Below the pieces are notes generated by a model. The model saw only the letters and a program-made list of their open reading frames with translations. It did not search any database and had not been told where the DNA came from. From Candidatus Cryosericum sp. (GTDB lineage Bacteria; Caldisericota; Caldisericia; Cryosericales; Cryosericaceae): 64,000 nt of DNA. A program made the translations under genes and the position numbers. Where the stretch lies: contig DAONFE010000004.1 in the NCBI GenBank assembly GCA_035403525.1, positions 5,698 to 69,697 of the forward strand, given 5' to 3'. Shown one piece after another: positions 18,387-27,721 of the stretch. Position 1 is the first letter of the stretch. Each line of letters begins with the position of its first letter.

Positions 18387-21113
18387 TTATCCTTTCGTCG
18401 AAAGAGATTCAATGACAGCGTCCACGATAGCCTGTGCGGCTTTCTGCTGACCCGCATCACTCTTGAGTAGACGTTCGCCTGAGACGGTGCCTATGTCGAC
18501 ACACTCTACCATCACTCCTGGCATCGCCGACGTTCCACGAACCTGTTCCGGCGACACCTTTTGTGTGCCAAGGTCAGGCCTGCCAAGTGATGCGACCAGC
18601 GCCTTCTGGAAGATCTGGGCAACCCGCAGCGAACTCTGGGTCCAGTAGTATGTGCAGGTCCCCACTGTGTCGATAGCGGAATCAGCGACGCTCTGGTGAA
18701 TCGAGACAAGCAGGTCTCCGGCGCACGAGTCCGCAATCAGGGCACGCTCCTTGGCGTCAGGCCCCGTCAGAGAGTCTTCAGAGCTTCGCGTCAGGACCAC
18801 TCGGGCACCGGCAGCCTCAAGAAGTTCACCCACCTTGAGCGCTATGGCAAGGTCAGCGGCAGACTCGGTCAGCCCGGTCGGCCCCGAGCCCCCATGGTCG
18901 AACGTGCCAGCAGCGCCAGGGCCGCCATGACCTGCGTCCACGACAATTGTCTTGCCCGCCAGTGGACCAGATGCGGCAGCACCGAGGGCCAGCACGATGT
19001 TCTGCGGTGAAGACGAGCTTACCATGACCTCGGAGGCGGGGGCGCCGACGCGCACGATGACCGCAGGGGGCCGTTCTCCTGACCGCGGCCTTGTCGACAC
19101 CGATGCCCACTGAGTCAGGGCCTGCGTCCCTTGCAGTTTGACGGCAGAGGTCCCCTCCACCTCAAAGGTGCACGAAGTCGCATCCTCTGTCTTCGAAATC
19201 CGCAACGGCAGTGCAGACGCAAGAGTCACACTCGAATTGGCACCCGTGCCCGAAACGGTCATCGACGTAATCACGGGATCCATGTAGATACCACCGGCAT
19301 CCGATGTCGCTTCCAGTCCGAACATATGGGCAGCGGTGGCCACCGGTACATACAACAGCCCATTCAGCAGGTGTGGCGGTGCGGCCATCTCTTCTCCCCA
19401 GTGACCCGTGCCTTGCGCGATTTTGAGCGTGCGCAGTCCGTCTTTCAGAACATACTGACGGTCTTGAATCGTCAGGCTGGTCTGCTGGTTGGTTGCATCC
19501 CATGACAACTGTAGTCCGAACCTTGCCGCCAGGTCCGCAAGGGGAACACACGTCGCACCGTCGGCAAAGAACGTCTCCTCGCTCCCGGCAAGGAGCTGGT
19601 TGTCAAGAAAGACGGCCTTCGGCGTCGCCTTCTCGCCTGCCGCGCTGACCACGACGTTCACTGTTGAGTTCGTGCTCGAGTGCGTCTCTGTGAAAGACCC
19701 TCCCTTGAGGTAGATAAGAATCTTGGAGACAAACCCGGCTGACGTCGCCCATACCCGTATGGTGGAAACCTGGCCCGTGGGAATCCCTGAGATTGCCGCC
19801 TGAGCGGACTGTACGAGTCTTGGCAGGCTCACTTCGAGACGCTCAGGGTCATGTGCCTTCACGACCGAGAGACCGGTCTTGTCCCCTTCGATGTACATCG
19901 TCACTGTGGTCCATCCGTTCGACGAAGTAGTCTCAATTCCCGTGAGACTGCATACGGCACCGCCCGGACTCACTCCGCCGATCGTTGTCGCTCCGGACAC
20001 AGGCATCCAGTCGGCGACTGAGTCAGTGGAAGCCAGCTGGACAAAGATATTCTTTCCATCCGTCGCAACCCCTACAATTGACCGACCCTTGTCGACCTCG
20101 TGGCCGGCACTTTCCTGGGACAACGGGGCCACGACAGCTCCAACGGTTGCATCAACCGCTAGCAGGTTCTTGCCGACCGTCGCAACCATAAGCGCAGCAG
20201 GAATCTGCTCATGAGAGCTGAGTACAGATGCGTTCACCCAGCCAGACGTTTCCTGGCAAGTCACGCGACACCACGTTTCCTTCTGGCTGTTCAGACAGTA
20301 GCCAGAAATCGAGACCGCTGTTCCTGCCATGAAGCTCCCGACACGTCTATACACGACCGATGGTCCGTCACGCACGACGGCCGCTTCTACCAGCCTTGAG
20401 GCCAGAGGCAGTTTCGGCTTCCACAACCCGAGGAGGGAAGAACGCGTCCAGGTCGATGGGGACGAGGGAGGTGCAGAGACGGACTGCACCTTGACCACCC
20501 ACGAAGCAACGAAGCCGGTGGTCTGTTTGAGCTTCAGTGAGGTGCAGTCGACTTTGTACCATTTCTTCCCGGAGCTGTCCTTCGCCTCGGAAAGAATGCG
20601 GAGAGAGGTACGAGCCCTGATGGTTGTCAGTCTTGCGTAGGATGTTCCCGGGCCACTGCGCAGCGACGTTCCGTCTTCCACTGCCACCGCGTACCTGGTG
20701 CTCGCTGTACTTGTACTGCTGCTGGGTGGCTTGGATGTCCCCGTACTTGGAGAGGAAGCTGAGCTTGCAGCCGAAGCCCCCGCTGTGGAGGGAGACGTTG
20801 TCGCTGGACTGGACGCCGATGCTGGAGTGTAGCTGACCAGCCATCCAGCTACATAGGCTGTCTTCGTTCCGTCAACTTGGACTCTGTACCATGTCCTGCC
20901 TGACGTGTCCTTCGCAGTACCGGCAACCTCGAACTTCTCACCTTTGTGACCAACGCGCACGATGCTGTAGGACGTACCGGCTCCTGAACGCAGGTTGGCC
21001 TCATCCGTAACCGTCACTGTGGCCAGACCGGCCACAGTATAGGCACCTGACGGTACAAGCATGACCACAGCAAGGATAAGGGAACAAACCGCGCGCATTG
21101 CACCTTTGCTCAT
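18387..21113 (-). CDS. Secreted multidomain N-acetylmuramoyl-L-alanine amidase (3 SH3b, Cu-amine-oxidase-N-like, Amidase_3)
   Basis: Signal peptide; NLRSGAGTSY / SLRSGPGTSY / VRDGPSVVY SH3b repeats; VPLADLAARFGLQLSWD; VDAGHGG...TE...SIH...VMVE Zn/catalytic residues. Confidence 0.88.
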   Translation of the reverse strand: MSKGAMRAVCSLILAVVMLVPSGAYTVAGLATVTVTDEANLRSGAGTSYSIVRVGHKGEKFEVAGTAKDTSGRTWYRVQVDGTKTAYVAGWLVSYTPASASSPATTSPSTAGASAASSASSPSTGTSKPPSSSTSTASTRYAVAVEDGTSLRSGPGTSYARLTTIRARTSLRILSEAKDSSGKKWYKVDCTSLKLKQTTGFVASWVVKVQSVSAPPSSPSTWTRSSLLGLWKPKLPLASRLVEAAVVRDGPSVVYRRVGSFMAGTAVSISGYCLNSQKETWCRVTCQETSGWVNASVLSSHEQIPAALMVATVGKNLLAVDATVGAVVAPLSQESAGHEVDKGRSIVGVATDGKNIFVQLASTDSVADWMPVSGATTIGGVSPGGAVCSLTGIETTSSNGWTTVTMYIEGDKTGLSVVKAHDPERLEVSLPRLVQSAQAAISGIPTGQVSTIRVWATSAGFVSKILIYLKGGSFTETHSSTNSTVNVVVSAAGEKATPKAVFLDNQLLAGSEETFFADGATCVPLADLAARFGLQLSWDATNQQTSLTIQDRQYVLKDGLRTLKIAQGTGHWGEEMAAPPHLLNGLLYVPVATAAHMFGLEATSDAGGIYMDPVITSMTVSGTGANSSVTLASALPLRISKTEDATSCTFEVEGTSAVKLQGTQALTQWASVSTRPRSGERPPAVIVRVGAPASEVMVSSSSPQNIVLALGAAASGPLAGKTIVVDAGHGGPGAAGTFDHGGSGPTGLTESAADLAIALKVGELLEAAGARVVLTRSSEDSLTGPDAKERALIADSCAGDLLVSIHQSVADSAIDTVGTCTYYWTQSSLRVAQIFQKALVASLGRPDLGTQKVSPEQVRGTSAMPGVMVECVDIGTVSGERLLKSDAGQQKAAQAIVDAVIESLSTKG

Positions 21114-21562
21114 CGCATGAACCCCCGGATTTCCCGGTCTACCCGTTTTCTCTCTGACTCCTCGCGGGAACCCTTGGTCGTCAGGAACTTCCCCGCAACG
21201 AGGTCTACCTTGATCAGACCTTCGTCCGTGAGCACCAGCGCGGCTGGTACAACGGTAAGCCCCTGCTGACTTATCAAGGTGGCCAGCCTTGTCAATTCAT
21301 GCCGATGCAGCAGGAGTCTCCTCCGCCGCTTGAGCTCGCTATCGGGCACATCAGCAAACGCGTATGGTCCAATCGACATCTGTACCAGGAATAGTTCACG
21401 TCCATAGAACCTGCAGTACGAATCCCCAAAGGAGAATGTGTGCGAACGAATCGCCTTCACCTCCCAGCCACGCAGTTCAATGCCAGCCTGGAGGCGTTCG
21501 ACAGTCCTGAAGTTGTGCTGTATCCTCTTGTTGGAGGTAATGATTCCGGGCTTATTGGCCAT
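21110..21562 (-). CDS. smpB: SsrA-binding protein (divergent C-tail)
   Basis: NKR..HNF...AGIELRGWEVKAIR, RRRRLLLHRHE, QGLTVVP. Confidence 0.92.
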   Translation of the reverse strand: MANKPGIITSNKRIQHNFRTVERLQAGIELRGWEVKAIRSHTFSFGDSYCRFYGRELFLVQMSIGPYAFADVPDSELKRRRRLLLHRHELTRLATLISQQGLTVVPAALVLTDEGLIKVDLVAGKFLTTKGSREESERKRVDREIRGFMR

Positions 21563-22274
21563 AGTTGCGGGCAAGCCCTCCGAGCACGGACTTGAAATCC
21601 GCAGGCAGCGCAGCGAACGCACGCACCTGGGTTCCAGTCGCGGGAGACACAAACGCCAGGGAAAACGAATGCAGCATCTGCCGCTTCACATCAATGCCTG
21701 ACTGGGTTCTGTACCCATAAGTATAGTCCCCGAGCACAGGATGTCCAATGTACGAGCAGTGAACACGGATCTGGTGAGTTCTGCCAGTTTGAATGCTCAC
21801 ACGAAGCAGAGAAGCACGCGCCGCAAAACTGCGAATGACCTCGAAGGTGGTTGTCGATGGCCTTCCCGAACTGTCGGCCTGACGCAGAAGCAGTCCATGA
21901 GAGCGCATTGCTCCTATCGGAACGTCAATCCGCCCGCGCTTTTCAGTGAAGGTACCGCTCACAAGTGCAACGTACTCCTTGTTCGCGCTATGCTCTGCGA
22001 TCTGGCCGTGCAGTGACAACCAGGCACGCGCTGACCGGGCGAGCACCATGACGCCGCTCGTATCCTTGTCCAGTCGATGAACAACCCCGGGTACTTCGGC
22101 CTCAGTTCCAGCGTAGAGGGTCACGCCGGCTGCAAGAACCACCCCGCTCAGGGTCCCGGAGACCTGGCCCGGCTTTGTCATGACTGCAAGACCTGATGGC
22201 TTGTTCACGACAATCGTGTCGTCATCCAGGTAAAGAACGGGTACCACGAACCCGTCTGCCTCAAGCTCCCGCAC
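21552..22274 (-). CDS. RluA/RluD-family pseudouridine synthase (no S4 domain)
   Basis: VVNKPSGL, VHRLDKDTSGV, TGRTHQIRVH, HPVLGD.TYG, RQMLHS; follows lspA. Confidence 0.93.
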   Translation of the reverse strand: MRELEADGFVVPVLYLDDDTIVVNKPSGLAVMTKPGQVSGTLSGVVLAAGVTLYAGTEAEVPGVVHRLDKDTSGVMVLARSARAWLSLHGQIAEHSANKEYVALVSGTFTEKRGRIDVPIGAMRSHGLLLRQADSSGRPSTTTFEVIRSFAARASLLRVSIQTGRTHQIRVHCSYIGHPVLGDYTYGYRTQSGIDVKRQMLHSFSLAFVSPATGTQVRAFAALPADFKSVLGGLARNYGQ

Positions 22275-22728
22275 GGTACCCCCACCTTCCCGGAAACATC
22301 AGAGCCAACCCGCACAGAATCGCGCCGGCAGTCACAAGACAATCTGCGACATTGAATACAGACCAGCCACGCACCCAGAAGAAGTCAGTCACCTGCCCTG
22401 TCGCGATTCGGTCGATGAAGTTGCCAAGAAATCCGGCAAGAATGAGGAGGAATCCCGCTGCCATGCCGCGCTCTCCGTGGAGCGCCGCCCACCTTAGGGC
22501 CAGCGCCACGATAATGCCCAGCAGTGCATTGACTGGTACAATCCAGTGGCTGTCGCCGAACAGACCGAATGCGACTCCTGTATTCATCGTGAGTACCAAG
22601 CCAACGGGGCCGGCGATCCTGGGGCGACCCGCAAGTGCATGACGCGCAATGTACTTGGTTCCCTGGTCCAGCAGAACCAGGACGCAAACAAGCACTGTTG
22701 AACGGACGATCATGACTGGCTTGCTCAC
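22261..22728 (-). CDS. lspA: Lipoprotein signal peptidase
   Basis: LDQGTK, NTGVAFG, GNFIDRI, FNVAD. Confidence 0.95.
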   Translation of the reverse strand: MSKPVMIVRSTVLVCVLVLLDQGTKYIARHALAGRPRIAGPVGLVLTMNTGVAFGLFGDSHWIVPVNALLGIIVALALRWAALHGERGMAAGFLLILAGFLGNFIDRIATGQVTDFFWVRGWSVFNVADCLVTAGAILCGLALMFPGRWGYRAGA

Positions 22729-22970
22729 AAGGACTCCTTCGCAACAAGGGTATCAATGCCAGCGATCTCGACACGCTTATCGCGCGTCGCATGCCCCTCG
22801 ACGATACGCACACGAGCGGGCGATACACGAAACCAGGCAGCCAGCACACGGATGAGCTCCTCGTTTGCTTTCCCATCTGTGGCCCGTGCATGCACATGCA
22901 CTCTCCAGGGATCTCCCGGCACCACGTCCGAGCGGCTGCTGCCCGGAGTCACGTGAACACGGATACGCAT
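22725..22970 (-). CDS. DUF167/YggU family protein
   Basis: MRIRVHVTPGS...ARATDGKANEELIRVLA...IVEGHATRDKRVEI; SD GGAGGT. Confidence 0.88.
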   Translation of the reverse strand: MRIRVHVTPGSSRSDVVPGDPWRVHVHARATDGKANEELIRVLAAWFRVSPARVRIVEGHATRDKRVEIAGIDTLVAKESL

Positions 22971-22983
22971 TCCACCTCCATGG

Positions 22984-23030
22984 AACACAACTGGGCCGCC
23001 TATCCCGATAACCGGGGAAAGACGGCCCAG
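22984..23030 (-). terminator. Probable intrinsic terminator after oppF
   Basis: Long stem CTGGGCCGTCT.TCCC / GGGA.AGGCGGCCCAG followed by TTGTGTT. Confidence 0.65.
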
Positions 23031-23050
23031 GACTACAGCTTCAACTGCAA

Positions 23051-24034
23051 CTACTTCTTCGTGAGGAGATGGCAGGACACAGTATGCCCTGGAGACACCT
23101 CGACCGCTGCCGGCTCCTGCTCCTTGCACACAGGCATGGCGTATGGGCATCGGGTGCGGAAGTGGCAGCCGGATGGCGGATTGATCGGCGACGGGACATC
23201 TCCCTGAAGAATGATCCGCTCACGCTTGACCTCCGGGTCCGGAACAGGGACTGCTGACAGCAGCGCCTGAGTATACGGGTGCAGCGGATGGTCGAACAGT
23301 TCATCGTTCTCGGCCGTTTCAACAACCTTTCCAAGGTACATGACCGCAATGCGGTCTGATACATGGCGCACGACGGCAAGATCGTGGGCAATGAACAGGT
23401 ATGTCAGGTTCAGACGTTGTTGCAGCTCCAGCAGCAGATTAATGATCTGCGACTGGATAGAGACGTCCAGTGCCGAGATCGGTTCATCGAGTACGAGGAG
23501 TTCCGGGTTCAGAATCAGCGCGCGCGCTACACCGATGCGCTGTCTCTGGCCGCCGGAGAACTCATGCGGGTAACGCTTTTCGTACTCGGGCCGGAGGCCC
23601 ACCGTTTCCATCATTGCCGTCACTGCCTTGCGCCGTTCGTGCCGCAAGCCGACATTGTGGACATCAAGAGGTTCCTGAATAATGTCACCAACAGGCATGC
23701 GAGGATTCAGCGAACCATAGGGGTCCTGGAACATGATCTGCATGTTGCGGCGCAGAGGACGCATCTGGTTCGGAGTGAACTTTGTAATGTCCTTGCCCTT
23801 GTAAACAATCTTTCCGTCGGTCGGCTGCAGCAGCTTCAGCATCGTGCGCCCCGCTGTTGTCTTTCCTGACCCCGATTCACCAACCAGGCTCAACGTTTCG
23901 CCCTGGTTGATAGAAAAGTCGATGCCGTCAACAGCCTTCACCGATGCGACGGTAGTGCTGAAGACACCGCCCTTTACAGGAAACCACTTCTTGAGGTTCT
24001 GGACTTCTACAAGTCTGGTAGCCATCGTTGTCAC
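23051..24034 (-). CDS. oppF: Oligopeptide/dipeptide ABC transporter ATP-binding subunit (OppF/DppF)
   Basis: GESGSGKT, YPHEFSGGQRQR, DEPISALD, HPLHPYT, GCHFRTRC. Confidence 0.92.
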   Translation of the reverse strand: MTTMATRLVEVQNLKKWFPVKGGVFSTTVASVKAVDGIDFSINQGETLSLVGESGSGKTTAGRTMLKLLQPTDGKIVYKGKDITKFTPNQMRPLRRNMQIMFQDPYGSLNPRMPVGDIIQEPLDVHNVGLRHERRKAVTAMMETVGLRPEYEKRYPHEFSGGQRQRIGVARALILNPELLVLDEPISALDVSIQSQIINLLLELQQRLNLTYLFIAHDLAVVRHVSDRIAVMYLGKVVETAENDELFDHPLHPYTQALLSAVPVPDPEVKRERIILQGDVPSPINPPSGCHFRTRCPYAMPVCKEQEPAAVEVSPGHTVSCHLLTKK

Positions 24035-24044
24035 TCCTCGCCGT

Positions 24045-25031
24045 CTACGGCTCGATGGGATGGAAGCAGCGCACCAGATGCCCGGGCGTCAACTCCACAA
24101 GTTCCGGCTCCTCGGCCCTGCACTTCTCAGTCGCAAACGGGCAGCGCGGGTTGAAGCGACAGCCATTGGGCATGTGGTACGGAGATGGCACCATGCCCTC
24201 GATGGCAGGAAGCGGTTCGTTCGTCCGCCGTTCTGTGAACTTTGGAATCGATTGGAGAAGCCCGTAGGTATACGGATGCCGCGGAGACTTGAAAATCTCT
24301 CGCGCAGAGGCGTTCTCTACGATCTTGCCCGCATATGCGATTGCAATCGTTTCCGCCATTTCCGCAACCACGGCGAGGTTGTGCGTTATGATGAGGATTG
24401 CCATGCCGAGCTTCTTCTGAAGCCCCCGCATCAGATCGAGGATCTGAGCCTGAATCGTAACGTCAAGCGCGGTGGTAGCCTCATCCGAGATCAGCAGTTC
24501 CGGGTTGGATGACAATGCCATGGCAATCATGACCCTCTGCCGCATGCCTCCGCTCAGTTCGTGGGGATACTGCCGGTATCTGCGCTCAGGCTCTGGAATA
24601 CCTACCAGATGCAGCATCTCGACTGTGCGCTTCCTGGCTTCCTCTTCGTCGATCTTCTGATGCAGTGTAATGGCCTCACTGATCTGGTCGCCAACCGTGA
24701 AAACAGGGTTCAGCGAAGTCATTGGTTCCTGAAAGATCATGGAGATCTTATCACCACGGATGAGACGCATCTCTTCCTCGGACTTGTTGAGGAGGTTCTC
24801 TCCATGGAACATGATCTCTCCGCTGATGATCTTGCCAGGAGGATTCGGAATGAGCCGCATGATAGAAAGCGCGGTCACAGACTTTCCGCAACCAGACTCG
24901 CCAACCAGGCCTACGATCTCTCCACGATGGATTGTAAGGTCTACACCGTCTACCGCCGGGACAACGCCATCCTCTGTGTAGAAGAACGTGCGAAGATTCT
25001 TGACATCAACGAGTACTTCTCGATTGTCCAC
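24045..25031 (-). CDS. oppD: Oligopeptide/dipeptide ABC transporter ATP-binding subunit (OppD/DppD)
   Basis: GESGCGKS, YPHELSGGMRQR, DEATTALD, PRHPYT, GCRFNPRC. Confidence 0.92.
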   Translation of the reverse strand: MDNREVLVDVKNLRTFFYTEDGVVPAVDGVDLTIHRGEIVGLVGESGCGKSVTALSIMRLIPNPPGKIISGEIMFHGENLLNKSEEEMRLIRGDKISMIFQEPMTSLNPVFTVGDQISEAITLHQKIDEEEARKRTVEMLHLVGIPEPERRYRQYPHELSGGMRQRVMIAMALSSNPELLISDEATTALDVTIQAQILDLMRGLQKKLGMAILIITHNLAVVAEMAETIAIAYAGKIVENASAREIFKSPRHPYTYGLLQSIPKFTERRTNEPLPAIEGMVPSPYHMPNGCRFNPRCPFATEKCRAEEPELVELTPGHLVRCFHPIEP

Positions 25032-25041
25032 AGGACCCTCC

Positions 25042-25938
25042 CTACAGCTTCAGTTTCGGATCGATGGCGTCACGCAGTCCATCGCCGAAGAAATTGAACC
25101 CAAGAACAGTGATGAAAATGGCAAGGCCCGGATAGACAATGAGACGGGGAGCATTCCAGATAAACTGCTGCGCGTTCTGCAGCATGTTTCCCCAGCTGGC
25201 CAGAGGAGCCTGAATGCCGAAGCCAAGGAAGCTGATGGACGCCTCATAGATGATGGAACTCCCGATTCCAATTGTCGTCGAGACGATAAGCACTGCGAGC
25301 GTGTTTGGAAACAGGTGTCTCCACATGATCCTGTTGGCGCTGGCCCCGATGGCGCGAGCGGCCTCAACGTACTCCTGCTCCTTGAGGGACAGGGCAAGAC
25401 CGCGGACAAGTCGCGCGTCGGACATCCAGCCAAATACGACAATGACCATGATGATCTGCCACATACCCTTGCCCATGACGCTCGCAAGAGCAATCAGCAG
25501 CGGGAATGTAGGAATAGAAAGCATGGCATCTGTGAACCGCATGAGAAGGTTGTCCGCCCAGCCCCCGTAATACCCAGCCAGCAACCCGATGAACGCACCG
25601 ATGAGTGTAGCGCTGACCGCGGAACTGAAGCCGATGAACAGTGATATGCGACCGCCAAAGAACATTCGGGCAAGCACATCGCGGCCGTAGTCATCCGTCC
25701 CCAGTGGATGTGCCTGCGACGGCGGATTGAACATGCCTTCGATTCCCGGGATCTGTTCGTTCGGGTCGGCCCTCCACACCAGCGGCCCCACAAAGACAAA
25801 CAGCATCATCAGAATCAACATGACGGCGCCAGCCATGGCAAGCTTGTGGCGTGTCAGACGGTGGAACACCATGCCGACATACGAGTAGTCCTCAGAACTC
25901 TTCTGCTTCTTCTTTGCTGCTACAGCCTGTTCTGCCAT
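25042..25938 (-). CDS. oppC: Oligopeptide ABC transporter permease (OppC)
   Basis: HPLGTDDYGRDV, EYVEAARAIGAS..RIMWRHLFPN EAA loop, NFFGDGLRDAIDP. Confidence 0.92.
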   Translation of the reverse strand: MAEQAVAAKKKQKSSEDYSYVGMVFHRLTRHKLAMAGAVMLILMMLFVFVGPLVWRADPNEQIPGIEGMFNPPSQAHPLGTDDYGRDVLARMFFGGRISLFIGFSSAVSATLIGAFIGLLAGYYGGWADNLLMRFTDAMLSIPTFPLLIALASVMGKGMWQIIMVIVVFGWMSDARLVRGLALSLKEQEYVEAARAIGASANRIMWRHLFPNTLAVLIVSTTIGIGSSIIYEASISFLGFGIQAPLASWGNMLQNAQQFIWNAPRLIVYPGLAIFITVLGFNFFGDGLRDAIDPKLKL

Positions 25939-25948
25939 GGTGCCCCCC

Positions 25949-26935
25949 TCAGCTGTACTTGATGCGTGGGTCAACCCATGCATAGACAATATCCGCGATA
26001 AGATTGAACACGATAACCAGGAAGCTGGTGAGCATGAGGCCAACCATGGCGGTCGGGTAGTCGCTCTTCGTTTCGGCCGCAATGATAAGGCTTCCCATAC
26101 CAGGTATGTTGAAAATCTTCTCCGTAATCGATGCACCACCAACAATTCCTGGTACCGAAAGCGCAACAAGAGTAACGATTGGAATCAGCGCGTTGCGCAG
26201 AGCATGCTTGTTTATGACGAGCCGCTCTGGAACGCCCTTCGCACGGGCTGTCCGAATGTAGTCCTGTCGCACCACCTCGAGCATCGACGACCGCATGTAG
26301 CGAGTCCAGCTGCCCACAGATGAGAACGCAAGAACCAGAACGGGCATGACAAGATACTGCAGCTGGTCCACGAAGCGCGTCCAGAAAGGCGCCTCCTCCA
26401 GGCCAGGCGTCATCATGCCTCCCGCGGGAAGCAGAGGAGCGCCGCTAGGCCTCTTCAGGAACACGCTGAACAGCATCATCATCATCAGGCCGAACCAGAA
26501 GGTAGGCATGGACATCCCGAGAAAGCTGAAGACCGTGACCACATAATCGGTCACTGAATACTGCTTGACTGCTGAGATGATTCCGATGGGAAGTGCGATC
26601 AGCAGCGACAGCAGGAACTCAATGCCCATGACGCGAATGGTGACCGGCAATGCACGTGCAATAACGTCGCGGGCGCTGGAACCGGGGTAGAGGAGCGATG
26701 GTCCCCAGTCACCTTTGATGACGCCACTGAACCACTTGAAGAAGCGAAGGTACCACGGCAGGTCAAACCCCCAGGCCTTTATCAGGCGTTCAATGTCTGC
26801 CTTCTTGATCCTGGGGTTCTCGATCAAAGCCGCAAAAGGGTTGGGCACGAGCGAGAAGATACTGAACGACACAATCATGACAATCAGGATCAGTGGAATC
26901 ATTCCCAAGACGCGCCGTATTACGTAGTCTCTCAT
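25949..26935 (-). CDS. oppB: Oligopeptide ABC transporter permease (OppB)
   Basis: YVIRRVL, GDWGPS, SMPTFW, DYIRTARAKG, DIVYAWVDPRI; SD AAGGAG. Confidence 0.92.
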   Translation of the reverse strand: MRDYVIRRVLGMIPLILIVMIVSFSIFSLVPNPFAALIENPRIKKADIERLIKAWGFDLPWYLRFFKWFSGVIKGDWGPSLLYPGSSARDVIARALPVTIRVMGIEFLLSLLIALPIGIISAVKQYSVTDYVVTVFSFLGMSMPTFWFGLMMMMLFSVFLKRPSGAPLLPAGGMMTPGLEEAPFWTRFVDQLQYLVMPVLVLAFSSVGSWTRYMRSSMLEVVRQDYIRTARAKGVPERLVINKHALRNALIPIVTLVALSVPGIVGGASITEKIFNIPGMGSLIIAAETKSDYPTAMVGLMLTSFLVIVFNLIADIVYAWVDPRIKYS

Positions 26936-27256
26936 ATTGGCGGATACTCCTTTCGGCGGACTCCCTCTGAACTCACGTCAGGGCGAGCCAAAAATTGCAC
27001 AAACAAGGCACACCGGTCATCGCTGACAACCGCTGAGCCCATCTCGCACTACTGCCAAGCACACCAACCTCATGGCGCTGCTGCGCGACATACAAAACCA
27101 TGACAGCAGCACGTACCTTTTCTTCTGCCCATTCCTTCATTACTCGACTGATTTCTCCAAGCCTCCCTCTGTCAGGCACCTCCCCCTCTGTTCCACTTCC
27201 GGGAAGATAGATCTGCAGCCATGAACGAACGTGGCACGGCTATGGACGCAATACTG

Positions 27257-27721
27257 TCAGCTGGCATCGGAAGCCGCGCGGGATACTGCATAGGTACCCG
27301 TCATGAGGTTATACCACGGTCGTTCGCTGGTGTCAATCCGGCAGGGTCTCGCACGCTGCGGAGTCGGCTCCAGAACCAGAGCGGCGCCAAATCTCGCAAT
27401 AGCTGTCCCCATTTCCACTATGCTCCCGGCAGTGCGTGTCCAGAAACTATGCTTGCCAGCCCTGTCAGCAGTCTCGCCATGTCCCCTGTCCTCAACAAGG
27501 GCCAGAGCATGCTCTGTCAGACGCTGGCACTCGGCGCAGCCGCCATCTTCACGAGATTGTTCGGGAAGCACAAACACGGCAAGGTCTATGAGGTCCATGG
27601 TCTCCACTGGCAGCGACGCCCCATCCAGACTGTCGAACATGTCCCTGTTGCAGTCGACGATATTGGAGATTACCTTGTCCAGCTGTTCGGCCTGGAACAG
27701 CTCACCATCATTGTTGTCCAT
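27257..27721 (-). CDS. Hypothetical protein, putative anti-sigma factor with CxxC
   Basis: SD GAGGTG before ATG; overlaps the ECF sigma stop by 14 bp; acidic N-half with GGCAECQRL. Confidence 0.6.
   Translation of the reverse strand: MDNNDGELFQAEQLDKVISNIVDCNRDMFDSLDGASLPVETMDLIDLAVFVLPEQSREDGGCAECQRLTEHALALVEDRGHGETADRAGKHSFWTRTAGSIVEMGTAIARFGAALVLEPTPQRARPCRIDTSERPWYNLMTGTYAVSRAASDAS

Noticed and set aside
27130-27260. TGA read-through (Sec or recoding) of the ECF partner ORF
   Set aside because: The extension reaches TAA within about 40 codons, with no recognisable motif or SECIS-like hairpin
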